Shown here one piece after another: positions 36,891 to 46,354 of a DNA stretch of 64,000 nucleotides (its first letter is position 1; every line of letters begins with the position of its first letter). Source of the stretch: Candidatus Latescibacterota bacterium (GTDB taxonomy: Bacteria; Latescibacterota; UBA2968; UBA8231); assembly GCA_965200315.1 (NCBI GenBank), contig OZ241362.1:2496001-2560000 (forward strand). The letters run 5' to 3'. Position numbers and translations under genes: made by a program. The notes beneath the pieces are model-generated. The model made no database searches and was not told where the DNA came from. It saw only the letters and a program-made list of their open reading frames with translations.

Positions 36891-39800
36891 CTACTTGAGC
36901 AGCAGCATCTTCTTGATTTCGAGGAACTCCCCGCCCACCTGCAAGCGGTAGAAATACATCCCCGAAGACAAGCTATGCCCACTGTCATCGGTCGCGTCCC
37001 ACTCCATGACATACCGACCCGCGCTCTGATGCTCAGCCACCAGCGTCCGAACCGGCTGACCAACTACATTATAGACGGTCAGCTCCACATCCGCCGCCTG
37101 CGGCAACGCATACTGGATCGTCGTCGCTGGGTTGAACGGGTTCGGGAAGTTGTCCGCCAACGCGAAGGCGGTCGGCAGCGTCTGCAACGATAGCAACGCG
37201 GTCGCGCCGTTGGCGTCCGTAACCGTGTACGTATAGGCAGTTTCGGCCGCCGCGCTCGGCGTACCCGAAATCGTCCGCGTGGCCGCGTCAAACGTCAGGC
37301 CCGCCGGCAAGGCCGGCGAAATACTATACGTCAGCGGCGCAGTGCCGCCCAAAGCCTCCGGCAGCACGAGGGCTTCCACCCGCTGGCCAACGATGAATTC
37401 GCGGATTTCAGCCAAGTCGTGCGAGGCCATCGGAACGACTTTGCTAGAACCGAAAAAGTCGAAGAAATCGCCAAACGACAGCTTCGCATTGACCTTAATG
37501 GTGAAAGTCAACGCCGCGGCCTTCCCATCGCTATCGACCACCGTGTAGATGATGGAGACCGCTTCGTCAGTCACTGTCGAAGGAGCGCCCGAAATCGTCC
37601 GCGTGGCCGCGTCAAACGACAAGCCCGCCGGCAGGGCCGAGATGCTGTACCTCAGCGGTAGAGTGCCGCCCAAAGCCTCCGGCAGCACGAGCGGGGGAAT
37701 CGGCGTCCCAGCGGTGTACGATTGGTTTGGGATCGTGGTGCCGTCGGCGAAGGCGAGGGTCGAATCACCCGGATCATCCGGATCAGGCGTCATCGGTGCT
37801 TGGTCGCCGAGGGTGATCTCTGCCTCATCTCCCATCAATCCGTTAATTGCACCAATCAGCTTGATGGTCTCGTTGCCCTCCGCTAGATCGTCGTCCACTA
37901 TGCGGATCCTAAGCTGCGTGGCCCCCATTATCGAGCCGGCTGGAATCTCAATCAGTGGATTGGCGAATAGTGCGGCATAGTCCACATCGCGCGACGCTGT
38001 TGACACCACATCAATGGCCACGACCACAGTTGCGTTCTCGGCCAACGCCTTGCCATCCAACGTGGCGGTTACCGTAACCTCAACCTCACCGCTTCCTTCA
38101 ATTATCGTGTGCGGATTCACCGACAGCTCAATGGAAGTACTCGGCGTCTCGTCGTCGGCGATCTCGATATTCGTCAATAGCATCGCACCAGATGAGAATG
38201 TAGCCCGCACACCTAACGCTCTCACGCTATCCATCTCGGTGTTGTTAATAGGAGCGAGGGTAAGCGTTGTCGTCCCAACGGTAGCACCGGCCGGAATGGT
38301 GACAACCGATCCCAGTTTCGCAGTGTAGTCCACATCGCGCACAGCCGGCGTACCTTCGCTTGGACCTACAATCGTGAACGTCACTTGCTCGGCTGTGCCC
38401 CTAGCCGCGTCCAAGGTCAAGGTCAGCAAAATTTGCGTCGCCTCAGCGTCCTCGCGGATTGACGAAAGATCCGCTGTCAATTCAGCATTCGTAGCTGCAA
38501 TCGGCGTCTCAGCAGTATTGACCGAGATAGAAAAAATCAACGCGGTGGCATTCTTTTCGCCGTCAATGACCGTGTAGATGATGTTGACTGGGGCATCGGT
38601 CACTGCCAAAGGCGTACCCGAAAGCGTCCGCGTTGAATCGTCAAACGCCAAGCCCGCGGGCAGCGTCGAGATGCTGTATGTCAAGTCGCCCGTGCCGCCC
38701 GTAGCTGCCGGCAGTACGAGCGGCTCAATCGCCGTTCCAACTGTGTACACTTGGGCGGAGATCGTATCGGCAGCGGTAAAGGCCGGGCGCGTCGGATCAC
38801 TAGGCGGAGGCTGCTCATCTTCTTCGATGGCATCTTTCAGCGTTATCCTCGCTGGATCAACCGTCAGCTCTTGGAGGTCCCCGTCATCGTCTTCGGCTGC
38901 AGGCAGTTTAGACGACAGCGTCCCCAAGCCGATCTTCTCGCCATCGTCCTTGAGGTCGTCGGCGGTAGGGGTAATGGTGATCTTCTCCATCCCCGACACC
39001 GAGCCAGCCGGAATCACCAAAGGAAGGAGCGAAGCGGTGTAATCTACATCGCGCGTCGCCGCTTTGTCATCATCGTTCACCTTGCCATCGCCGTTGATAT
39101 CGTCGTTAATGACCAACACTACGACCACGTTGTCTTTGAACTCCTTCCCGCTCAAGGTGCCGGTCACCGTAACCTCGGTCGCTCCCTCGCCCTCGCTTAT
39201 CTCGGTCGGATTCACCTCTAGCGTGATCGAATCGCTCGTCGTGTCGTCATCAGTAATCAGGATGCCTGTGGAGAGGTCTTGGTCTCCAACCCTCGCTTTC
39301 ACCTTGAACGCCCGCGGCTGGTCTCCTTTGTTGTTGTCAACGGGAGTGACCATGATCGTCGTCGTCCCTTCTGTCTCGCCCTTCGGGATGGTGAGCGACG
39401 GCACTTCCGCAGTGTAATCCACATCGCGCGTCGCATTGACCGCACTGTCGAAAGCGTCGCCTAGATCGTCGCTCGCATCCTCAATAGTGAACCGCACCGT
39501 CTCGTCGCTCAACAAGGCGTTCTGTAAGGAAACTTTCAGCATAATCTCCCTCGGCCCAGAGTCCTCGCGTATTGAGAAAGGAGTCGCTGTCAGCCCTTTA
39601 ATCGCTTTAGCCGGCTCGGGCGTTATCTCGATTGCCTTACGCTCAACCGTTATGGGCTGTTCGTCGTCATTAGAAAGGTCGGCGTCATCAGGAGCCTCCA
39701 ACCAGATGTTGCCGGATCCTACATCTTTGGGCCGGATGGTAATCGTCGTCGTCCCTGACACCCTCCGGTCAGGAATGGTTATCGTAGAAAGCGTCGCTGA

Positions 39801-41207
39801 ATAGTCCACATCACGCGTCGCGCTATTTTCACCTGTCTCATCGATAACCAAGGAAAAACTCAAGTCTTTTCTTAGCGTCTTTCCATCCAGAGTAGCCTTC
39901 ACTTCGATGTCGGTCGCACCACCCTTCTGGCTTATATCGGCATCGGAAAACTCGAGATTGATCTTCGTGCTGGGCTTGTCAGTATCAATCAATGTAATGG
40001 ACACAGGCTTGACTTTTTCACCAGAAGCGGCCGTACCCTCAATAGTAATAATAAGATCTGAAACGCCGGTTTCATCCGGAACGCTGGTTCCATCCGGAAC
40101 GGGGATAAAGTTGATCTGCCCTTCGGCCTCCTTCTTTCCCTCCTCAATCACGAGTGTAGGTAGCGTTATGCGGAAGCGGCTATTGAGCCCCGTAACGGAT
40201 TGGAGGCTCAAGATCACATAGGTGTCTTTGGACTCCGCAGTATCATCGCTAACTTTGACTTTCACCGTGATATCTTGCGGCTCGGCGTCTTCGCGTACAC
40301 TACTGGAGCTTACCGATAGTACGTAATCAAATGAACGCATCACGGTAACGGTAACGGAGAGATCACTGTCATAAGAGAGCTCAAACTGGTCGTCAACCTC
40401 GAGCGTATGATTATCAGGCAACGTGAACACCAAGGTCGCACTAGGACCAAAAGACGAAAGGCCATTAACAATCTGCCAGCGGTAATCATCGGTGGTCCCC
40501 ACACTCGACAGGGCTACAGCCTCACTCCCAGCACCATCGGGATCGAGAGACAACACCACCGGATTTGTGACAGACGGATCAGACGGATCTGTGCCAAACT
40601 TGGCATCATCCGTGACGTCGAAACGGAAGCTATTGTCCGTATCAATCATCCCGATGTCACTCAACTGGACCGTCAACGTATTTTCCGACAGAGTCGCGCT
40701 GGCAGTCGCACCCGACGGAATCGCCGACTTATTAATTGTCACTTCAACAGAGAGAGCACCGCCATAAGAGAGTTCAAACTGGTCGTCAGCCACGAGCGTA
40801 TGATCATCAGGCAACGTGAACACCAAGGTCGCACTAGGACCAAAAGACGAACCAGTAGGAATCTGCCAGCGGCGATTATTCGGGTTATCCAAAAGCGGCA
40901 GGGGTGTAGCCGCCTGACCCGTATTCTCAGCACCATCGGGATCGAGAGACAACTCCGGATCTGTGCCAAACTTGTCATCATTCGTGCCGTCGAACGTGAC
41001 GTCGAAACGGGAGCCAGCGGACCAGCGAATGGTCCCAATATTGCTTAATTCAACCGTCAACGTATTGCCCGCCAGGGTCGCGCTGCCAGTCGCACTCGAT
41101 GGCGTTTGCGCTGCTGCTTCCCCTACCCAGCCCAAGCAAGCGAGCAGCAACCAAGGCACACAGGCCAAACGCTGCATCTGAATCAATGATTTTGTACGTA
41201 ATAGCAT
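36891..41207 (-). CDS. Large secreted paralogue: two novel N-terminal repeats, Calx-beta/Ig-like repeats, three He_PIG domains, FlgD-Ig/T9SS-type C-terminal domain
   Basis: Same signal peptide (QRLACVPWLL...GEAAAQ) and core as 33515..36781; EF-hand-like DINGDGKVNDDD; C-terminal NFPNPFNP domain. Confidence 0.85.
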   Translation of the reverse strand: MLLRTKSLIQMQRLACVPWLLLACLGWVGEAAAQTPSSATGSATLAGNTLTVELSNIGTIRWSAGSRFDVTFDGTNDDKFGTDPELSLDPDGAENTGQAATPLPLLDNPNNRRWQIPTGSSFGPSATLVFTLPDDHTLVADDQFELSYGGALSVEVTINKSAIPSGATASATLSENTLTVQLSDIGMIDTDNSFRFDVTDDAKFGTDPSDPSVTNPVVLSLDPDGAGSEAVALSSVGTTDDYRWQIVNGLSSFGPSATLVFTLPDNHTLEVDDQFELSYDSDLSVTVTVMRSFDYVLSVSSSSVREDAEPQDITVKVKVSDDTAESKDTYVILSLQSVTGLNSRFRITLPTLVIEEGKKEAEGQINFIPVPDGTSVPDETGVSDLIITIEGTAASGEKVKPVSITLIDTDKPSTKINLEFSDADISQKGGATDIEVKATLDGKTLRKDLSFSLVIDETGENSATRDVDYSATLSTITIPDRRVSGTTTITIRPKDVGSGNIWLEAPDDADLSNDDEQPITVERKAIEITPEPAKAIKGLTATPFSIREDSGPREIMLKVSLQNALLSDETVRFTIEDASDDLGDAFDSAVNATRDVDYTAEVPSLTIPKGETEGTTTIMVTPVDNNKGDQPRAFKVKARVGDQDLSTGILITDDDTTSDSITLEVNPTEISEGEGATEVTVTGTLSGKEFKDNVVVVLVINDDINGDGKVNDDDKAATRDVDYTASLLPLVIPAGSVSGMEKITITPTADDLKDDGEKIGLGTLSSKLPAAEDDDGDLQELTVDPARITLKDAIEEDEQPPPSDPTRPAFTAADTISAQVYTVGTAIEPLVLPAATGGTGDLTYSISTLPAGLAFDDSTRTLSGTPLAVTDAPVNIIYTVIDGEKNATALIFSISVNTAETPIAATNAELTADLSSIREDAEATQILLTLTLDAARGTAEQVTFTIVGPSEGTPAVRDVDYTAKLGSVVTIPAGATVGTTTLTLAPINNTEMDSVRALGVRATFSSGAMLLTNIEIADDETPSTSIELSVNPHTIIEGSGEVEVTVTATLDGKALAENATVVVAIDVVSTASRDVDYAALFANPLIEIPAGSIMGATQLRIRIVDDDLAEGNETIKLIGAINGLMGDEAEITLGDQAPMTPDPDDPGDSTLAFADGTTIPNQSYTAGTPIPPLVLPEALGGTLPLRYSISALPAGLSFDAATRTISGAPSTVTDEAVSIIYTVVDSDGKAAALTFTIKVNAKLSFGDFFDFFGSSKVVPMASHDLAEIREFIVGQRVEALVLPEALGGTAPLTYSISPALPAGLTFDAATRTISGTPSAAAETAYTYTVTDANGATALLSLQTLPTAFALADNFPNPFNPATTIQYALPQAADVELTVYNVVGQPVRTLVAEHQSAGRYVMEWDATDDSGHSLSSGMYFYRLQVGGEFLEIKKMLLLK

Positions 41208-41254
41208 TACTCTATCTCCCCAAGTTAAGAGCAATTACTGGTGGTTTTAGAATC

Positions 41255-41289
41255 GTGGGATAGGGCTTCGCGTTGAAGCCCTATCCCAC
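41255..41289. terminator. Hairpin after third large secreted gene
   Basis: GTGGGATAGGGCTTC-GCGTT-GAAGCCCTATCCCAC. Confidence 0.7.
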
Positions 41290-41310
41290 CAACTCGCTGT
41301 GCAGTGGGTG

Positions 41311-43776
41311 TTACTTGAGCAGCAGCATCTTCTTGACTTCGAGGAACTCGCCGCTCGCCTCCAAGCGGTAGAAATACATCCCCGACGACAAGCTGTGCCC
41401 GCTGTCGTTGGTCGCGTCCCACTCCACGACATAGCGACCGGCACTCTGATGCTCGGCGACCAGCGTCCGCACCGGCTGACCCAGCACATTATACACCGTC
41501 AACGCCACGTCCGCCGCCTGCGGCAACGCATACTGAATCGTCGTCGCCGGGTTGAACGGATTCGGATAGTTGTCGGCCAACGAGAACACCGCCGGCCGCG
41601 TCTGCACCTGCACCGGAGCCGGCCGCGCCAAGCGGTTGAAGCCAAACGCGCTGTCATACGTCTGGGTGTCGGTGACCTCGATGCGCGTACTCTCGATCTC
41701 CACGGTCGGACGGAAAACCAAGCTCAGGGCCACCGCGCCGTCGGCGACGAGGGCGCCGTGGGTGGCCACCGTCAACACACCGGCTTGGTCGGCCAACACC
41801 TGCGGCGTAGCCAACGCGCTACCCCCCAGCGGCTGATCGGTTCGCACCTCGACGAACGCCAGCTTGTCGGCCTCATACTGCACCTGCAAGCCGTAGCCCT
41901 TGAGCGCGGTAAAGTCCGCCAAGCGCACATCGAGGACAAAGTCCTCACCCACGTTGGGCAGCGCTGTCCGCGCATCCAAGTACAGCCGCGCATCGGCATT
42001 CAGACCCGCGAACATCGGCACACGCTTACCCGCCGCCGCCGTGCTGCGACCAAAGTTGTCGGCAAACACGAAGAAGTCGTCGAAGTCAATCGCGGCGTTC
42101 GGTGCCAGGTCAAACGCCGGATCAAACCCAGCGTCCGCAGCCGTCAAACCAAAGAAATCAGCTAGAATGAAGAAGTCGTCAAAGCCCACGCGATCGTCCG
42201 CGCCGAACAGACCGAAGATCGCACGACCTTCGCTATCCACCACGCTGTTGCGCACGGCTATGGCCGTCTGTTCGACATCGGAATCCGTCTCGTTGTCCAA
42301 GTCGTAGGGCCGCACCTGATAGGTGTAGCGCACACCATTGAGCGCCGTCTCATCGACAAACGAGACTGTGCCGCGCGCAACTTGCCCGATCATAACGAAC
42401 TCGTCTTCGCCCGCAGCGCGGCGATAGATGCTGTAGCCATAGACGCCAAGGATTGGCTCGTAAGGAACCGGGCCGGTGGCTCCGGCAACGCCCTGCAAGA
42501 TCTGGTCGGACGGTGAGCGCATCCACCTCAGGACGACGCGGCCGCCCTCGTCATTGGGCGCATCCAAGGCACTGAATGACGGTACGGGAAACGGCGGGAT
42601 ATCATCGATAGCGCGAACCGCCTCTTCTGTAACAATGACTTCCGACAGTTGCACCCCACCCTCGACGCTCTGCATCCTCGGGGCCACACCTTGCGCGAAA
42701 GCGAGGGCTTCTGGCAGCAGCGAGGCGAACACCGGCGCGTCGCCTGCTTGCGCCGCTTCCCTGCTGGCCATCAGCGTCTCGGCCATCAGCTCGTAGGGCT
42801 GGTTCAGGCTTTCAGCATCAACGAACGCGGCCTTAGCAGCCTCAACAACGAGCGTGGTGCGACCGTCGCGCTCAGCGGCAATGCCCCAACGGGTGGAGAC
42901 ATTATCGAGCGTGGCGACGATGGCGCGACCCATCTCCACGCCCGGCACGGCATCCACCATGGCCCAAGGAACCATTTCATTGTTCTCCGCAGGTATTTCG
43001 CGGAAGATGCGATAGCCGTCTAGCGTCTTGTGATCGTCCGACAGGTCCCAAGACAGCAGCAAAAAGCCGCCTTGGTCGCCGAGGCCATCGGCACCCTTGT
43101 AGTCTTCGGCCACCAACGCGTTGGGAGCATCCAACGGCGGCAGCACCACCTCAATGCTGATCGCTGGCAGTGGAGCACTCGCGCCATTAGCGTCCGTAAC
43201 CGTGATCGCGACTGTGGCCGTACCTACCTCGGAGGGCGTACCCGAAATCGTCCGCGTGGCCGCGTCGTACGATACGCCAGCGGGAAGCCCTGACACACTG
43301 AGTGTATAAGGCGGGGTTCCCCCTCCCAACTGCAATATAGAGTCGTCCGGCAACGTCACCGGCTCTATAGCCGTGCCTACCTCATACGTCAAAACACCTG
43401 TTGAGGCATCCGGCGCCTGCACCTCCGACGCCTGCACCTCAATGGTAAAAGGCGGCAGCGACACACTAGCACTGACGGCGTCCGTAACAGTGTAGGTGTA
43501 CTCTGTGGCAGGGGCCGCCACTAGCGGCGTACCCGAAATCGTCCGCGTGGCCGCGTCAAACGCCAAGCCCTCAGGCAAAGCTGGCGTGAGGCTATACGCA
43601 AACGGCGGCGTACCGCCCGTGATCTCTGGCAGCGTCACCGGCTCTATAGCCGTGCCTACCTCATACGTCAGCACTACGGCATCCTGTGCATCGGCCGAGG
43701 TGGTATGAACACTGGGAAAGAAACCGCTTGCCCCTAAAAGAGCTAGCAGAAAAAAACTCGAAAACGCTCGTTTCAT
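41311..43776 (-). CDS. Secreted protein: two He_PIG domains, FN3-like domains, dockerin/EF-hand-like pair, cohesin-like domain, FlgD-Ig/T9SS-type C-terminal domain
   Basis: Signal peptide; FDAATRTISGTP twice; GYSIYRR...SFVD...YTYQVR; VGFDDFFILADFFG and IDFDDFFVFADNFG; LKGYGLQVQYE; NYPNPFNP. Confidence 0.82.
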   Translation of the reverse strand: MKRAFSSFFLLALLGASGFFPSVHTTSADAQDAVVLTYEVGTAIEPVTLPEITGGTPPFAYSLTPALPEGLAFDAATRTISGTPLVAAPATEYTYTVTDAVSASVSLPPFTIEVQASEVQAPDASTGVLTYEVGTAIEPVTLPDDSILQLGGGTPPYTLSVSGLPAGVSYDAATRTISGTPSEVGTATVAITVTDANGASAPLPAISIEVVLPPLDAPNALVAEDYKGADGLGDQGGFLLLSWDLSDDHKTLDGYRIFREIPAENNEMVPWAMVDAVPGVEMGRAIVATLDNVSTRWGIAAERDGRTTLVVEAAKAAFVDAESLNQPYELMAETLMASREAAQAGDAPVFASLLPEALAFAQGVAPRMQSVEGGVQLSEVIVTEEAVRAIDDIPPFPVPSFSALDAPNDEGGRVVLRWMRSPSDQILQGVAGATGPVPYEPILGVYGYSIYRRAAGEDEFVMIGQVARGTVSFVDETALNGVRYTYQVRPYDLDNETDSDVEQTAIAVRNSVVDSEGRAIFGLFGADDRVGFDDFFILADFFGLTAADAGFDPAFDLAPNAAIDFDDFFVFADNFGRSTAAAGKRVPMFAGLNADARLYLDARTALPNVGEDFVLDVRLADFTALKGYGLQVQYEADKLAFVEVRTDQPLGGSALATPQVLADQAGVLTVATHGALVADGAVALSLVFRPTVEIESTRIEVTDTQTYDSAFGFNRLARPAPVQVQTRPAVFSLADNYPNPFNPATTIQYALPQAADVALTVYNVLGQPVRTLVAEHQSAGRYVVEWDATNDSGHSLSSGMYFYRLEASGEFLEVKKMLLLK

Positions 43777-43941
43777 GGTTCTCTCCTTGAAAGTAGTAAT
43801 GGTAACTTAGCAGACACTTGTTCATCGTAGCGCAATAGCAAGGGAAACTGGCCCTTGACGACTGGCCCGAAAGTTTCTTATAACAATTCTTAGTTATTAA
43901 AGATAATAATCACAAGCACTTTTTCGCAATCTGGCGGCTGC

Positions 43942-44787
43942 ATGATAATCGACGTCCACAGCCACGCTTGGCAATATCCCGAGCATTTCACCGACCAATT
44001 TCGCCAACAAGCGGCCCAAGTGGCCAAAGCAGACGGGTCCCTCGATCTAACCGTAACTTATGCTGCCTATCGCGCGGGCGCACAAAACTGCGACAAGACC
44101 ATCGTCTTCGGCGGCAAGGCCCGACGCTCTGGCGTCTGGATTGACGACCGCTATGTCGCCGATTACGTCGCCGCTCACCCAGAGGCACTGATCGGCTTCC
44201 TCTCGCTCGACCCCACCCAAGATGGCTGGCAGCAAGAAATGGCTTACGGTCATCAAGACCTCGGCCTCAAGGGCATCAAATTGCTTTCCATGTACGCCGG
44301 CTTCTATCCGTACGACCACAGCCTCGACCCGCTGTGGCACTACGCCGCCGAGCACGGCCTGCCCGTGCTGCTGCACACCGGCACCACTTTCGTCGCCCAA
44401 GCCCCGATCGACTGCACCTTGCCGCGCCATCTCGACCCAGTGGCCATCCGCTTCCCGCAGGTCAAGATTATCATGGCCCATCTAGCGCATCCCTACGAGG
44501 GCGAGTGCGTGGCCGTCATCCGCAAACATCCCAACGTGTACGCCGACGTCAGCGCCCTCCACTATCGGCCCTTCCAGCTCTACCACAGCCTGATGCTGGT
44601 GCAGGAATACGGAGTCTGGCACAAGTTGCTCTTTGGCAGCGACTATCCCTTTACGACGATTGACGCCTCCATTGAGGCGCTGTACGGATTGAATAAAATG
44701 CTCGATGGCACGGCTCTACCGCGCTTGGACGAGCGCGAGATTCACGCCTTAATCCACCGCGACAGCCTCGACATTTTGGGGCTTTAA
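43942..44787 (+). CDS. Amidohydrolase_2 family protein
   Basis: IIDVHSH, LKGIKL, PVLLHTG, IIMAHLAHP and KLLFGSDYP. Upstream TTGACG-18-TATAAC promoter-like site. Confidence 0.9.
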   Translation: MIIDVHSHAWQYPEHFTDQFRQQAAQVAKADGSLDLTVTYAAYRAGAQNCDKTIVFGGKARRSGVWIDDRYVADYVAAHPEALIGFLSLDPTQDGWQQEMAYGHQDLGLKGIKLLSMYAGFYPYDHSLDPLWHYAAEHGLPVLLHTGTTFVAQAPIDCTLPRHLDPVAIRFPQVKIIMAHLAHPYEGECVAVIRKHPNVYADVSALHYRPFQLYHSLMLVQEYGVWHKLLFGSDYPFTTIDASIEALYGLNKMLDGTALPRLDEREIHALIHRDSLDILGL

Positions 44788-44882
44788 GGCTTGTGCCAGA
44801 TCGCTTTTTCTCAATTAATAGCTCTAGCTCCTAGTAATATAGCTCTAGCTCCTCCATCCACTTCTTTCAAAGGAATCGCTCT

Positions 44883-45785
44883 ATGAAGTACTTACTTTTT
44901 AGTGCGTTGTCCCTCTTCCTTGTCCGCGCACCTGTGGTGGCTGAAGACGAAGCGGATGCAGAGGATGTCTATGAAATGGGAGAAGTGATCATCATCGACT
45001 CCAAGCAGCCGCAGACGCCGGGGAATGTAACCCAGAAAATCTCCATTTCTCCATTATCACCACCGATGAACTGGGCTCTTTAGTCCTCGGCAACGGCAAC
45101 CTACTCCTACACCCCAGGCAAAGTGCGCCGCCGGCAATCTGCATCTCTTCTTCGGGGGGCACCACGAGGATTCGGATTACACCTACTACGGAACCTTTGA
45201 CGAGGGGGGCAACAGAAACTCTTGGCTGAATATGGATGACGACCCTGAGTATGAGAAAACCAAGATGTACATGCGAGGGACCTATTTCCTCGACGACAGC
45301 GGCCAACGGGCCTCCATCTACGCCCACCGCACCTAGCACACCGGCGATACCGGACGCATCAATCGGGACTTCGGCCGCATCTACACCACCCTGAACGCCG
45401 GATACGCGACCCCAATCTCCGACAAAGCCACCGTCCAAGCCAAGGTCGGCTACCGCGACTACGTACGCCGCTGGGAGTTGGAGATCACTCACCGCCTCGA
45501 CGAGACAGTGGAGTGGTTCGCCAACTACACCTACACCAATGCCGAGGTGAAGGAGCACGAGGAAGAGAGCAAGGTCGGTGCCAAGATCAACTTTGTGCCG
45601 CAGAACGCCATAGGTGCCGGGGTTCACCTTACCTTTCCGCAGGGCTTGCGGGCGACGGTCACTGTGCAGTCTTACAGCGGCATCTACCAAGACATCAACA
45701 AGGATTCCGCCCCCCTCGACGGGTACATCTTGGTGAATAGTTCCTCAGTGACCCGTACAAGCTACAAACGATTGTCCACCGGACT
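44883..45785 (+). pseudogene. TonB-dependent receptor remnant (internal deletions, frameshifts, TAG at 45334)
   Basis: Signal peptide and DVYEMGEVII TonB-box-like segment. Later barrel-like pieces WFANYTYTNAEV, NFVPQN and LDGYILVN. Far shorter than an intact receptor. Confidence 0.65.
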
Positions 45786-46241
45786 ATGGGCAACCTGCAC
45801 AATTCGAGCTGGGCCAAGCTGAACTCCGCAGCCCCGGGGGTGGGTATCGGCGTGGTCTGGCTCTTCCTCTTTCGCTGGCGCATGAACGTGCTGGCCCAAG
45901 GCGACGAAGAAGCGCGCGCCGTCGGCCTGAACCCAGAGCGAGAGCGGGTGCTGATCCTCATTCCGGCAACCTTAGCCGCTTCGGCGACGATTGCCGTGGC
46001 TGGCGTCATCAGCATGATTGGCCTCGCCGTGCCGCACATGGTGCGCATGATGCTGGGGTCAGACAACCGCCACACCCTGCCGGCCTCCTTTGCCTTTGGT
46101 GGGGCCTTTCTGCTGCTGGTCGATACCTGCTCGCGCACGTTGGCCTCCTTTGAAATTCCGGTCGGGGTCTTCACTACCCTGCTCGGCGGGCCGTTTTTCA
46201 TCTTCCTTCTCAAAAAGGCGCGAATCGGATGGGAGACTTAG
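45786..46241 (+). pseudogene. FecCD/BtuC-family permease, C-terminal half only
   Basis: MNVLAQGDEEARAVGLN, GVISMIGLAVPHMVR and EIPVGVFTTLLGGPFF. Confidence 0.75.
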
Positions 46242-46274
46242 CAGCAGCCATTCATGATGCCTAAGAGGTGATTT

Positions 46275-46351
46275 AGTGGTCAGTGGCCAGTAGCCAGTGG
46301 TTGGTCCCCCCGGCCCCTAGGGTGCGGTGCGGCGACTGGCCAGTGACCACT
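46275..46351. repeat. REP-like hairpin built from CAGTGGY heptamers between convergent genes
   Basis: AGTGGTCAGTGGCCAGT (46275-46291) and ACTGGCCAGTGACCACT (46335-46351) form an inverted repeat with one mismatch. Confidence 0.6.
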
Positions 46352-46354
46352 CTC

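Noticed and set aside
33515-43776. Diversity-generating retroelement acting on the repeated C-terminal regions
   Set aside because: No reverse transcriptase in the window, all copies are within coding genes, and differences are not adenine-specific.
13020-45336. In-frame TAG codons in relE-like (13020), vapB-like (~21065) and TonB receptor (45334) genes suggesting amber recoding
   Set aside because: Many intact genes here end at TAG at their expected C-termini (sulfatase, pntB, rhomboid), and the three loci carry other lesions, so these are ordinary pseudogenes.
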